A DNA stretch of 64,000 nucleotides from the human T2T-CHM13v2.0 reference genome, Homo sapiens. Within the stretch, counting starts at the first letter, position 1, and every line of letters starts with the position of its first letter. The stretch is from NCBI RefSeq assembly GCF_009914755.1, contig NC_060934.1; one strand, 5' to 3'. Below, piece by piece: positions 1-13,675 of the stretch. The notes under the pieces were generated by a model, which saw only the letters and a program-made list of their open reading frames with translations, ran no database searches and was not told where the DNA came from. The position numbers were made by a program, and so were the translations under genes.

Positions 1-900
1 CTTGAAAAATGTCTGCTATCTTGTATCTGTTCATCTGCATATAATGTGTCATTCTTTCGATGTCATTTCTGGGTCTATTGTTTTTTACTGACTTATTTTT
101 CTCTCATTATAGTCAATTTCCTGCTTCTTGGCCTAATAAACTTTTATTTGATTCAAGACATTCTATATTTTTATGTTATTTTTGTAAATTTACATTACTG
201 AGGATATGAATTTGGTTGTATTTTTAATAAGCATTGAGTTTTGTTCTGCTAGACAGTTAAGTTACTTGTGATTAGGTTTAATTCTTTTGAGGCTTGTTTT
301 TGAACTTTATTATGATAGAACAGCCTTGACTGTCCTTTTGTCTTAGAATTCAGCCTACTATTAAGGTATATCCTTTTCGAGTTTTCTACTGAGTACTCTG
401 AATGATCAGCAAAGACTCCACTCTAGCTGGTTGGAGCTCAACTGTCTTCCAGCCAGCCCTTTCTGAGCTGAGAAACTGTGCAAGTCACCAGTTTTTGGTA
501 ACCCTTTGTCTGCCTTTGTGCCTTTTAGGATTTGGTAAAAATTCAAAGAGATATTTAGAGCTCTTTTTCAGCATATATCCATCCTCTTCTGATTGACACC
601 CTACAACTCAGCCTCTCCACACTTAGACCTCTTACTCCTTAAGTCAGTTCCCATTTAAGATACCCTTCCTACATCACAGGCTATACTATGCTGCAAGACA
701 GACAACAAGGCCAATTTTTGACTCACTTTATTTGTTTCCCTTCTCTAAAGAATCACTGTGCTTCTCTGCCTATTGTCTAATACCCGGAAGCAAGACTTTC
801 ATAGATTCTCTCCACTTTTCTAGTTATTTATGGCGGGAGGTTAAATCTGATCTCTCTTACTCAATTAAGACCAGATGTGGAGATCTTATTTTGCTTGATT
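1..900 (-). mobile_element. Old degraded L1M-like fragment(s)
   Basis: T-rich, heavily diverged sequence resembling an antisense ancient L1 5'/ORF1 region; boundaries approximate. Confidence 0.4.
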
Positions 901-1502
901 TTTTGTATTTGCAATTTTCTTTCTTTGTTAAATGAGTACTTGAAATATATGTTACCAAAGATATTTATCTCAATTGTGAGCTTTATACAGGTCCTAAATA
1001 ATAGAGGATTGTAACATTTTGTATTATTTAAAATATTAACTTTTAATGTAAATTAACATGAGGGACATATTAGAAGATGGCTGATTATGCATAACAACTA
1101 CTTACCAAATACAGATTATATATATTTAGTGTCATTTTTACACAGTTTATACGCATACATCAATTTAAATGTTTTTACTACCGTTATTATCTCCTTATAA
1201 TACCTTGACTGCCAAAGTTTTTCTGCATCCAGTGTTGCTATCATCTTTTGTTCACGAGGAACAATCTGTTCTGATCCCTGGGAATTGAGCAGGATGTTTG
1301 GTTTCCCTCTCCATCTGATGGTAGTAATTTGTCTTTCTTACTTACAAATAATATACTAGATCTTGATGATGGAATAAGCTTACTTCTTGAGGAATGTGCA
1401 AACATGACAACTAATAATAGAAATTTCTGTAACTACAGTTAGCATATATATTTTAATAATACACCTTTGCATAGATTACTTACATTTATTTTCATATTTA
1501 TA

Positions 1503-1655
1503 CATATGACCCCTAACTTATGATAGTTTGATTTCCAATTTTTTTGACTTTATGGTGGGTTTATGAGGGAATTAAATCTATTTCAACTTACAGTATTTTC
1601 AATTTACAGCAGGTTTATTGGGAAATAACCTCATTGTAAGTCAAAGATCATCTTG
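1503..1655 (-). mobile_element. MER47/Tigger5-like DNA transposon MITE
   Basis: Degenerate terminal inverted repeats (catatgacccctaactta / taagtcaaagatcatcttg) flanked by TA on both sides. Confidence 0.65.
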
Positions 1656-1774
1656 TATTTCAGCATATTTTATTATACAACAATGAATAATTAAATAGAC
1701 ATGTGCCTTTTAGTATGCATATACAGAAATGCATCGAAAAAATATCAGTGACTCTCATTCATCAAAATATTCAA

Positions 1775-1850
1775 GCCATGATTGCACCACTGTATTCACC
1801 TGGGCAACAGAGTGCGATCAGTCTACAAATAATAATAATAATAATAATAA
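1775..1850 (+). mobile_element. Severely 5'-truncated Alu (J-like) 3' end with (AAT)n tail
   Basis: gccatgattgcaccactgtattcacctgggcaacagagtg followed by (aat)n; attcaa on both sides may be a TSD. Confidence 0.75.
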
Positions 1851-2439
1851 TTCAATCTGTTTATCCTATGCTAAGTATTTCCAACATTTGTAATCCTAAT
1901 TCCTACAGACTGAGTTACTATATAACTTAGCTTTTGGAAATAAAAATGTGAATGAGATGATCTTTACTATATCAGTAAGAAAGATGCATGCATAATGAAC
2001 AAAAAATGTGGGGATAGGGAGAAAAAGAAGAAAATTAAGGATATTTTTATCTGAGTTTATTGTATTCCTATGTATCAAAAGCCTAAGATTCATTTTCTGA
2101 CATTGTTCTGAAATAAACTGAAATGTATTAGGGATGATTTGGATTGTTATTTTTGCAAATGTACACTGTTGTATATTTTGCAAATATTTTTCACATAGAC
2201 CCTTTAATTGAGAGGCAAAAGTTCAGATAGCAATTGTACACATTAGGCTCGCATATTTGATTCTAGGAATGTACATTTTCAGCAACACACTCATAGAAAA
2301 AAAATGCACAGCTGCCAAAGCTGTTAATGGGAGCTGCATGCTGAATTTATTGCTACATTGAAAATATATCCCTTCTTGTTCAACATATTCAGTCAAAAAT
2401 GTTCATTAAGAAGTAGTCTTATCTGCTTTTCATTTTCAG

Positions 2440-2484
2440 GGTATAACACAAGAATATTATATTCCATTAAGAGCGAATGTTTAA
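2440..2484 (+). other. Weak candidate small exon (frame 0 reads GITQEYYIPLRANV*)
   Basis: Good acceptor tctgcttttcattttcag, weak donor gtaaca, AATAAA near 2498, repeat-poor context. Confidence 0.15.
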
Positions 2485-3529
2485 GTAACATTTCAGAAAT
2501 AAAATAATGAGTTTTTGCAGTGCTTTTTGGGAAAATTTAATTTATGAAAAAGAAAACTCTTAGAATACAGTTGTAGCATTTCAATCTTTTCTTCTGTGCT
2601 TGCAATTATTATGCAAATATTATTGCTACTGCAAAAGATCTTTGTCATGAATTGCTTTGTAATGGGGCAAGGTTATTGAGCACTACTTTTTAAAGAGATG
2701 TTTCTATGACAGTATTATACATAAGACTTCAAAATAAATTGCTGATGGTAAAAGACTAAACAAATGCACCCACCATTTTTATTTCTACAGTGCCAGAATT
2801 AAAGACGTTTATCCAAATGCTTTAAATCAGTTTATTTTATATTTTCTAGCCATGCCTGTTCTAGTAAACATGAACAATGATTGTACACAGTTTTCTTCTT
2901 TAGCTGTCACTAAGATGGTGTCATAATGTTTAGAGATACGCTCTCTAACTGTCAGCGTTTGTTACAGTTCAGTGATGCGTGATAAAGTATGAGGGACATT
3001 GTCTTCTTGCACTGCTAAATGTATTAATGCAGTGATGATATTTCTCAATGACTTTTTACTCAAGGTCAAAATGATGAAATTCATCTGTACTTTTCAATAA
3101 TTTGTTTATTAATCAATATATTTTTCATCTTAGCCTGTTCCTTCAAGTTTTTTAGGTACATTTTAAAATTTGAAGCAAATGTATATTAAAATTTAAAGAA
3201 GACTGTGTCATATTTTTACATTTAATTGTATTTTAAATTACCAGCCATTATTTTTCAATTCATCTTTTAAAATAAATAAAACAGCATTTAGTTATTGTTC
3301 TTTTTGTTGCTACCTATGAAAATATAACTTGAGATAGACTCTAGAATTCTCTGATCTATTTGAATTCTCTGTTTATGATCTCTGGATATAAAAATTACTT
3401 AAAAAATGATAATCATTATATGATAACCATTCATACTATGTATTTAGTAATTGTGTCTTATTTACATAATCCTTTAAAGTTTACAACTTTAAATTGCTTG
3501 ATTTCACAAGCAATAGTTATTTTTGCCCT

Positions 3530-3680
3530 AATACCAATTCTATATGGTAGAGACTTTAGGAAATATAACCCCCTTTTTACAGTTGAGGAAATTGAGCTCA
3601 TTGTTGTTAGTACCCTAAGGTCACAGATATTGAACTTAAATCTAGAATTTTGGACCCCAATTCCAGTATCTTTTCTTTAG
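3530..3680 (-). mobile_element. MIR fragment
   Basis: MIR core-like ttttacagttgaggaaattgagctca...cctaaggtcacag. Confidence 0.6.
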
Positions 3681-6019
3681 TTCCATTCTTATTTGTTCAT
3701 ATTTATAGACAATCTGCAGATTGCATATCACTGACATAAATATTGCAATGTGTTATAGAATAATGAAGTTACTGATAATGTAATTAAATATTCACTGCTT
3801 CTGGATTAGCATTTCTAAATCACTATTCTAGTGATGTAATGTCATTATTCACAAAACTTCATGGTTCATTGCCAACCCTATTCCTTCTTCGTATATGGAA
3901 ATCACCATCTTCTTCCACTGGAAATATTTTCTCAGATTAGAGATGCCATTGTTTATAGATTTTCAATTACTGTAGTTGATCTAATTTCACCTAGGAGGGT
4001 ATATATTGATTATAAATGTTTACATGGGATAATTACATTTTATCGGTTAAATAGGAACCAGTATATATGCTATTGGTTTAGTAGCAATGCCTTTCCAATT
4101 ACAGCCCACCTTTATATGATATAAATTGTCTTTATTCTTTCCCCTTAGCATTTTTAGAGTTTTTAAGGACATGGTAATTTGTATTGAAAGTTACACTACT
4201 CAGTGGTATTTTTCAAGAAGACTCTGCAAATCTTTTACATTCTGTGTTACTAGCAATGTGATATAAATCAGTTAACATCCATAACCGATAGCTACTCATC
4301 TACAAAGAGTCTTAAAGAGTAAAACGTACAATTCAGAAATCTGAACTCTGGTGTTAAAAAATCCTCAAGATTATTAGAGCAACTACCATTTGAAAAACAG
4401 ATCTGAACTATGAAGTTCTGTATCAGAATTTTGATTTTGAAAAATTTCTGTAGGTTAAATAACAAGAATCAAGAACACTACATACCATACTTTTGGACAA
4501 AAGTTTATTATAACCCTATATTATAATAGGCCAAGTATATCACAGTGGATTCATTGTTATTACTAAAAGTATGCATTCATAGTTTCAGTCACTTTAATTA
4601 TCATACATGGACAATCACTAGATTTTTTATTATTAAAGATATGTAAAGTAAAATACATAATATATCAAGAATATACATCACTGCCACTAAATAGAAGTGT
4701 TTTCATTGTTGGAAATTTAAAATTATTTACCTATTATGAAAACGTTAGTTCTTAAAAGGATTAGGTTCAGCAAGAGTACCAACAGATTAAAGCTGGACAA
4801 CTTTGGCATTCCTCTGTTTTCGCTGTCAAAAATACACTTTGGACTTTGCAATAAGTTCCTCAATAGTTATAAATCCTAGTAGACAAAATTGAAAAAAAAA
4901 ATCTCTTCAAGCTTTTGTTTGCTTTACTGTATTATAATGGTAATAGTTACTGGGGATTATTTTTAAATTTCCAGTTGTTTGGATGGCATGAACTGATTAT
5001 GTGTATCTAAATAATATACTTGTATTATTAATATAAATATTTTGCTAATAAATATCTTTAAATAAAATATTATAAGTTAAGTTGAAATGTTTATCTATTT
5101 TTATGTTATTAAAACGGGTTAACACTAATTCACGTGAGTTATGGTTGGTGAAAATTCCAAATTATTTGTTAAAGATATAATTGTAATAGAGCTATAGAGT
5201 CTTCACTCTGTCAAAATTACAGAGCTTTCTCCAGAAGCATCACTGTTTCTTTAGTTCTCCCGCACCCTGCTGACATGATGTGGAATACACTGAGTATTTG
5301 TCAGTGGAGTAGCCAGGATGGGTGCAGTTGAGAGCACTGCTGAGGAGCTTTCAAGGAAAGACACTCTGCTCTGAAGCACCAGAAGTTACACCCACAGGGA
5401 ACTTTACCCTAACTCCTGAGTTGAAGTAATATAGGCCATTATTATAAAAGAATGCTTAATTTAGAGTTAAATTAGAGTTAAAAACTATTAAATAACCGAA
5501 TAAATCTTTGTTTTTATGAATCACTATTTTGTAATAATCATTAAAATGGTGTCAGTCCTTTAAGAACTCACATTTTATTTTTCTATGTTCTGAAATATAC
5601 ACAAATGTATTTTATTACACCTACCCTGCACAAGTGTGATTATTTTGCCTGCTTTCTCCTATTCATTTTTTTTTAACACAGTACCTGAAAATAGGGAAAT
5701 GGGCAGTGTGTTGTGGGAGGAAGCAGGGGATAAAATCTCAAATTTTGGCACTGGTAATATGAGACAGAAAGGAGTGAATCTGAGAGTCAAATAGTTCGTT
5801 ACACTGAGGAGAGGTAAATGGTGAAATATCTGGCGTCCATAGATCCCTCAACATAAGTGGAAGGAGGATAGATTTGTTCTTACGGTATCCGTGGCCCACT
5901 CTGTACATTTGGGACAAGTAGGTTTATGGATGCTGATTTTGTGAGACGTGTTGTTTGTGAGTCTAATCATGTGGACAGAAGATAACTGACCATAGAAATG
6001 GATAACTGACAATAAAAAT

Positions 6020-6260
6020 AAATGTATTTACCATGTATTATGCTATATTCTATGCTGAATACTTTCTAAAATAGACTTTCATTTTTCTTTCAACTTTCTA
6101 AAACTTTCAGTTTGTGAGATGAATAAAATTATTATCCCCATTTTATAAATGAAGCTTGTAGACGTTATGTAACTACCAAGATGACAAAGCTAGTAATGGA
6201 GCAACCGCAATGCAAACCCAGGGTGTCACTGTTTTAGAAACTGTGCTCTTAACTGCTACA
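6020..6260 (-). mobile_element. MIR fragment
   Basis: attatccccattttataaatgaag...ccaagatgacaaagctagtaatggagc. Confidence 0.6.
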
Positions 6261-6569
6261 CTCTCATACAGTCTATGGCCTTTCCAAACTTGCAGTTAAA
6301 ACCAAATTTTAGTAGCAAATAGAGGAAATTTAATAAACGAATGAAAGCAATTGATTTCTTTGAAAATAGTTTTGCATTGTAGACTGTCTATGACTACAAA
6401 AAAAAGCTTTATTTTTTCTCTTGGTAGCTTATTTCTATAGAAGTGATGAGTCAGTGCCTTATCAAGAATTTTCATTTCTTGCTTGCACACTCCCCAAAAT
6501 GGTACTTGCAGCTATTTATCATTTTAGTCTTATGAGTGAATTAATTTTGGTTATGATTAACCTTTAATA

Positions 6570-6770
6570 GAGACAGAATAGCATGGTGGCTTAGAGCCAG
6601 TTTTTCATCATGTTATTAAATGTCTTTTGAGCCCAATTTTTTATCTGTGAATCAGGGAAAATAATAGTACCTCAGTTATAAAGTTGTGCCCACAATAAAT
6701 AAATTGCTGTATGTAGAGGTCTTTGAACAGTGCTTACCTTGCCTAAGCACACGATAAATGTTATTTAGCA
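6570..6770 (+). mobile_element. MIR fragment
   Basis: tttatctgtgaatcagggaaaataatagtacctca...gaacagtgctt...aataaat. Confidence 0.6.
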
Positions 6771-7985
6771 ATTATTGTTAAATAGGATTGCATGTCAAAG
6801 TTAAGGAAACCAAAGTTGATTCTGTTTTATTGAAGTTCAACTAAATATCATCAACTTGAGTTATATACTTAAGGAACCTTCAAAATGTCGGAATGAAGAC
6901 TATTTTCATTGTAACTTTAAATTAATAAAGATTACCCTGAAGGGACAATAATAAATATAAACATTAATTTGTTCTAAAATTTTAAACATGTACATGATAT
7001 ATTACACAAATTTAGAGTTTCAAAATATGAATCTTTTCCAGCCAACACAGTAATTTTCAAAGGACTTTTTTTTTTTTTTTTACTATATACCTCTTGATAA
7101 AATTAGTGAAAAAACAGCTTAAAATGGAACTGATTGGATTGAACATTTGTATACCTCTGTGGGTATTGTTTAATTGCCCATGAAATTGAGTTGTTAAACA
7201 AGCAGAATAATACATGTGACATAAATAAGGTAAATCATAAGAAAATTGGAAAAATAATTTCGTATCTAATGTGCAATCCTTAATTATAAGTAGTATTTCG
7301 GGCTTACAAAATATATGCATTTCCTTTGGAGAGCAATTTTTATCTTACTTATCTCGGGTTGTTTAGATTCTACTTCAGATATTATTGGTTGGATATTGTC
7401 AAAATACAACATTTAAAGTTAAACAGAGGTAGATATATTAGAAAATGTAAATTGATAGAATAGTTATTTTGTGTCCTTTTAGGATGATATAATTCAGTAG
7501 GTTTAGCATAAGTATTAAGTACACTTATAAATTATTTATTAACTACTGTCTTTCAGGTGTTTATATTCTACTGTGAAGATATTTGTAGTGAGGAAATAAA
7601 TATTTTTTATAACTCATTTTTAATTGATTTAAAAAGACAATTTTAATAGTTAGATGGTGTGATATATTTCCTTAAATGCTATCAGTTGTCATCTAATGCA
7701 TATAGACATAAAAGTTTATTAATATTAAGATGATTAATATTCTTTGAAACATAATTTATAATTTAGGATAATATTTCATCTCAAAAAATCAAGGCCAGTA
7801 ATGTAGGGAATTTTATTGACGGGATGTGTTAATCAGAGCAACCTCTCCAGTAAATTTTAAAATAGTGGATATGATTTTTTAAAATTTATTAATAGCATCA
7901 AAGAACTAAATTGACAAGAGAGATAGTCATTACAAGGCCAAAAATTATGAGGAAGGGGGAATTGGAAAATAAGAAGACAACTGAG

Positions 7986-8325
<340 letters not shown>

Positions 8326-8395
8326 TCAACAAACTCACCATAATAACCTGTTTTAGTGTGCAACTTCTTTCTTGCCACAGTGTTTACTAACATAC

Positions 8396-8905
8396 TGTCA
8401 ACCTAAATAACAGAGAGAGATTATCTAAAGATACTCATTCTATTCTGGAGTGTGCAGTATAGATGCTAATCCAGGATATGTGGACTATGGGGATCATAGG
8501 CATAGCCAAGGAGTTTGAGACAAGAGGAAGCTTTCAAAGGAAAAAGTGAACGTAATTCGTTTTAAAACAAACAAAATATTGATTACAGTGGCTTATCACA
8601 GGAGTTGATGCCAGGTCCTTGTGGAGACAGTATGTCAGGCAAGTGTTCTTATGCATTCACTAGCTGTCCTTGTGACTCATGTAACAAGATGCAGTTTGAA
8701 AAGTCCTTGGCAAAAGTTCTTTTTACAGGCATATGTGCAAGTAAGAGACTTTCAGATGTTCTTTGTAATAGTTCTTATCATAGGCATGTGCGCATGAGGG
8801 CCCTCCCTTCCTAACCTACCAGCTTAATTTTTGACACAAATGACTCCATTTGTGGAATCCAAGTTTGACACAAATGACTCCATTTTGATCCTGACAACTT
8901 TCACA
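8396..8905 (-). mobile_element. 3' LTR of ERV1 provirus
   Basis: tgtcaacctaaataa...gacaactttcaca; collinear with 18134-18602. Confidence 0.85.
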
Positions 8906-11900
8906 TTTCCTCATTTGATCAAGGTCTTTCTCCAAAAGCATTGCTGATCAACCATCTCAAGCATCTCATAGTTAGGTTTTATTTCTCAGTGCTGGTATGA
9001 TCTTGTCCTGATTGTTCAGTTCTTCTCACATCAGTGAGGATGGTCAGCAAATTCTGAGTCAGTTTTAAAAACACTTTAGCAAAATGGCCGCAACAAGTAT
9101 GTTTGAAAACCCTGTATCTCTGATTAATTTTGCCTGAAGTCCATTGGTAAGTTCCATTTTGTTAGTTCCAAAGGTGTTGGCTATCATTTTAACAAAACCG
9201 GACCAGTATTATTCTATTAGGAGTCTTGCTGTTGCAGATGTTAGACAGGCAACAAAGAGATACTGATCTTTATCAAACGTTTTGCCTATGTCTGTTGAGA
9301 TTATCGTGTTGTTTGTTCTTTATTCTCTGATGTGATGTTCCACATTTAGTTATTTGCACACGTTGAAACACCCCTACATCCCTCATGTAAATCCCACTGT
9401 ATTATTGCGTGTAATCTTGTTGATGCTCTGTTAGATTCGCTTTGCTAGTATTTCTGTTGATTTTTGCATCTGTATTCATCAGGGGTTTTTGCCTATAGTT
9501 TTCTTATTTTGTTGTATTCTTGTCTATTTTTAGTTTCAGGCTAATGCTAGCCTCATAAAATGAATTAGAAAAAATTCCTTCTTCATCAGTTTTTTGGAAT
9601 AATTAGAGAAGAATTTATGTTAGTTATTTTTTAAAAGTAGTTTAGAATTCAGCAGTGAACCCATCAGGTACTGGGTATTTTGTTATTAGAAGACTATTAC
9701 TGGTTCAATCCAGTTACTGATTTTATATATGTTTGGGTTTTCTATTTTTTCTTGGTTCAATCTTGGTAAGTTTTATTTTTCCCAGAATTTATTCATTTTC
9801 TTGAGGTTTTCTAGTTGGCATGTAGTTGTTCATATTTTTTTCTAAATGGTCTTTTTGCATTTCTATGATATCAGTTATAATATCTCCTATTTCATTTCTG
9901 ATTGTTTTTATTTGGGTCTCCACTGTTTTTTTCTTACTCTAACTAATAATTTATTGACTTATGTTTATCTTTTCAAACAACTAGGTTTTTGTTTTGCTGA
10001 TCTTGTATTATATGGGGTTTTCTTTTTGTCTGTATTTTGTTTAGTTCTGCTCTGATCTTTGTTATTTATTTTTTATACTAATTTTCTGTTTGGTTTCTTC
10101 TTGCTTTTTTAGTTCCTTGAGGTGCATCACTACATCATTTAATTAAAATCTTTCTACTTTTATGATGTAGGTTTCTATGGCTATAAACGTCCGTCATAGT
10201 ACTGCTTTTGCTGTATCCTGTAGGTTTTGGGGCGTTGTTTTCTATTTTCACTTGTTTCAAGATTTTTTTTTCTCTTTAATTCCTTCCATGACCCATCAGT
10301 CTTTCTGGAGCATGTTGCTTAATTTCAATGTATTTGTACAATTTCCAGAGTTCTTCACGTTATTTGTTTCTAGTTTTACTCCTTTGTGATCTAAGAAGAT
10401 ATGTGATGTGATTTTGATTTTTGATTTTTCAATATTTGTTGGTGCTTGTTTTGTGGCCTAACATATGTTCCCTCCTGGAGAACATTTCATATGCTGAAGA
10501 GAAGATTGTTTTCTGCAGCTCTTGGCTGAAATATTCTGTATATGTCTGTTAGGTTTATTTGGTCTATAATGCAATTTAAGTCTGATGATTATTTTTGTTT
10601 TTCTGTCTAGATAATCTGTCCAATGCTGAAAGTAGAGTGTTCAAGTACCCAACTGTTACTATATTGCTGTCTATATTGGTCTTTGATTAATATTTGCTTT
10701 ATACATCTGTGTGCTCCAGTGCGTGTGTGTGTGTGTGCATATTTACAATTGTATTTTCTTGCCAAACTGATCTGTGTATCATTATATAATTGCCTTATTT
10801 GTCCCTTTTGTTCTTCGACTTAAAATATCTATTTTGTCTGATATAAGTATAGTACTCCTGCATGGTTTTGTTTTCCATTTGCCTGGAATATCTTTTTCTC
10901 ATCCCTTCATTTTAAGTCTATGTGTGCCTTTAGAGGTGAAGTGAGTTTCTTATAGCCATAATATTGTTGGGTCTTGTTTTTTTTTAATCAATTCAGCAGT
11001 TCTGTATTTTTTCATTTGGGAATTTAAAGTGTTTACATTCAAGGTTTTTACTTTTCTATTGAAACATATTCCTGTCATTTTCTTAATCATTTTCTGATTA
11101 TTGTGTATATCCTTTGTTTCTTTCTTACTTTTATTATTTGTGTGGTTTGGTGGTTTTCTGCAATGATAACATTTGATTCCTTTCTCTTTCTCATGAGGGT
11201 ATCTGCTATACCAATATTTTTTATGCTTTTTGAGTGTTTTTATAATAATATATACTGCATTTTTGCTTCCAGATATAGGATTTTTAAATAATATCTTGTA
11301 GGGCTGACCAGTAGTGATGAATTCCCTCAGTTTTTGCTTGTCTGAGATATCAACAAGCAAATTTCTCCACATTTCTGAAGAGACAGCTTTGTCAGTTATA
11401 ATATTCTTGGTTGAACACTTTTTTTTTCTTTTCTTCTGGCAGTTTGAATATAATATATAATATCATTCTTTTCTGGAGTGTACAGTTTCTGTTGAGAAAT
11501 CTGCTGTTAGTCTGATAGAGATTCCTTTAGATACAACTTGATGCTTGATATGGTTTGGATCTGTGTCCCCATCCAAATCTAATGTTGAAATGTAATCCCC
11601 GTTATTGGAGGTAGGTCCTGGTTGGAGGTGATTGGATCATGGCGGTAGATTCCCCTATCAGTGCCATACTCGTGATAGTGAGTACTCACGAGATCTTGTC
11701 ATTTAAAAATGTGTAGCACCTCCTCGCTATCTTTCTTCCCGCTGTTTCAGCTTTGCAAGGCACCAGTTCCCCTTCAGCTTTTGCCATGATTGTAGCCAAG
11801 CAGATGCTGCCAGTCTTCCTGTACAGCCTGCAGAACCGTGAGCCAAGTAAACCCATTTTCTTTATAAATTACCCAGTCACAGGTATTTCTTTATAGCAAT

Positions 11901-11997
11901 GCGAGAATGGACTAATATAGAAAATTGGTATCAAGGGAGGCATTGCTATAAAGATACCTGAAAATGTGGAAGGAACTTTGGGACTGGGTAATGGGCA

Positions 11998-12792
11998 GTG
12001 GTTGAAATAGTGGAGGCCTCAGAAGAAGACAGGAAGTTGAAGGAAAGTTTGGAACTTCCTAAAGACTTGTTAGATTGTTATAACCAAAATGATGATAGTG
12101 ATATGGACAGTAAAGGTGAGGCTGATGAGACCTCAGTTGGAAATGAGAAACTCATTGAGAACTGGAGCAAAGTTCACTTTTGTTCCTTAGCAAAGCAATT
12201 AGCTGCATTGTATTGTTGCCCTAGTGATCTGTGGAACTTTGAACTTGGTAATGATGATTTAGGTTATCTGGTGGAAGAAATTTCTGAGCAACAAAGCATT
12301 CAAGTTGTGGCGTGGCTGCAGCTAATCACCTACACTGATACGCATGAGCAAAGAAATGACTTGAAACTGGAAGTTATATTTACAAAGAAAGCAGGGCATA
12401 CAATTTGGGAAAATTTACAGCCCAACCATGTGGTAGAAAAGAAAAACCAATTTTTGGGCAGGGAGGGGGATTCAAGCGGACTGCAGAAATTTGCAGAAGT
12501 AAAGAGGAGCCAAGTACCAGTAGCCAAGACAATGGGAAAAATTCCTCAAAGGCATTTCAGAGACCTTCATGGAAGCCCCTCCTATCACAAGCCCAGAGGC
12601 CTAAGAGGAAAGAATGCTTCCATGGGTGAGGCCCATGCTTATAGCCTTGTGCAACCTTGGGACACTGCTCCCCACATCCTAGTCACTCCAGCTCCAGCCA
12701 AGGCCAAAAGGACCGAGGTACAGCTCAGGCCACTGCTACAGAGGGTGCAAGCCATAAGCCTTGGTGGCTTCCACATGGTTTCAAGCCTGTAG
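11998..12792 (+). pseudogene. MaLR internal ORF remnant (GTG start, frameshifted near 12450)
   Basis: SEEDRKLKESLELPKDLL-type MST/THE1 internal peptide; homology continues in a different frame (12405-12629). Confidence 0.75.
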
Positions 12793-13370
12793 ATGCACAC
12801 AGTGCAAGATTTGAGGCTAGAGAACCTCTGCCTAGATTTCAGAGGATGTGTGAGAAAGCCTGGATGGCCAGGCAGAAGCTGGCTGGACTGCAGGTTAGAG
12901 CCCTCATGTAGAAACTCTCCTAGGGCAGTGCAGAGCGGATATGTCAGGTTGGAGCTCCTACACAGAGCCCTCACTGGGGCACTGCCTAGTGGAGCTGTGA
13001 GAAGAGGACCACCATGCCTCAGACCCCAGAATGTTAGAGCCGACTGTAACTTGCACCATGTGCTTGGAAAAGCCACAAACACTCAACAGAAGTCCATGAG
13101 ATCAATCATGTAGAATAACCCCTGCAAAGCCACTGGGGCAGGGTTGCCCAAGACCTTGGGAGCCCACCTCTTGCACCAGTGTGCTCTAGATGTGAAACAT
13201 GCAGTCAAGGGATATTATTTTGAAGCCTTATCATTTAATGACTGCCCTACTTGGTTTCAGACTTGCATGGGGCCTGTAACCACTTTCTTTTGGCCAATTT
13301 CTCCATACTGGAATGCGAGTATTTAGTCAGTGCCTATGACCCCTTTGTGTCTTGGAAGTAACTAACTTGG

Positions 13371-13675
<305 letters not shown>

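Noticed and set aside
10950-11372. 140-aa minus-strand ORF
   Set aside because: It is a decayed L1 ORF1 end, spacer and ORF2 start read through by chance.
12639-13326. Several overlapping 60-147 aa ORFs
   Set aside because: They lie in GC-richer MaLR internal sequence and are frameshifted remnants or antisense read-throughs.
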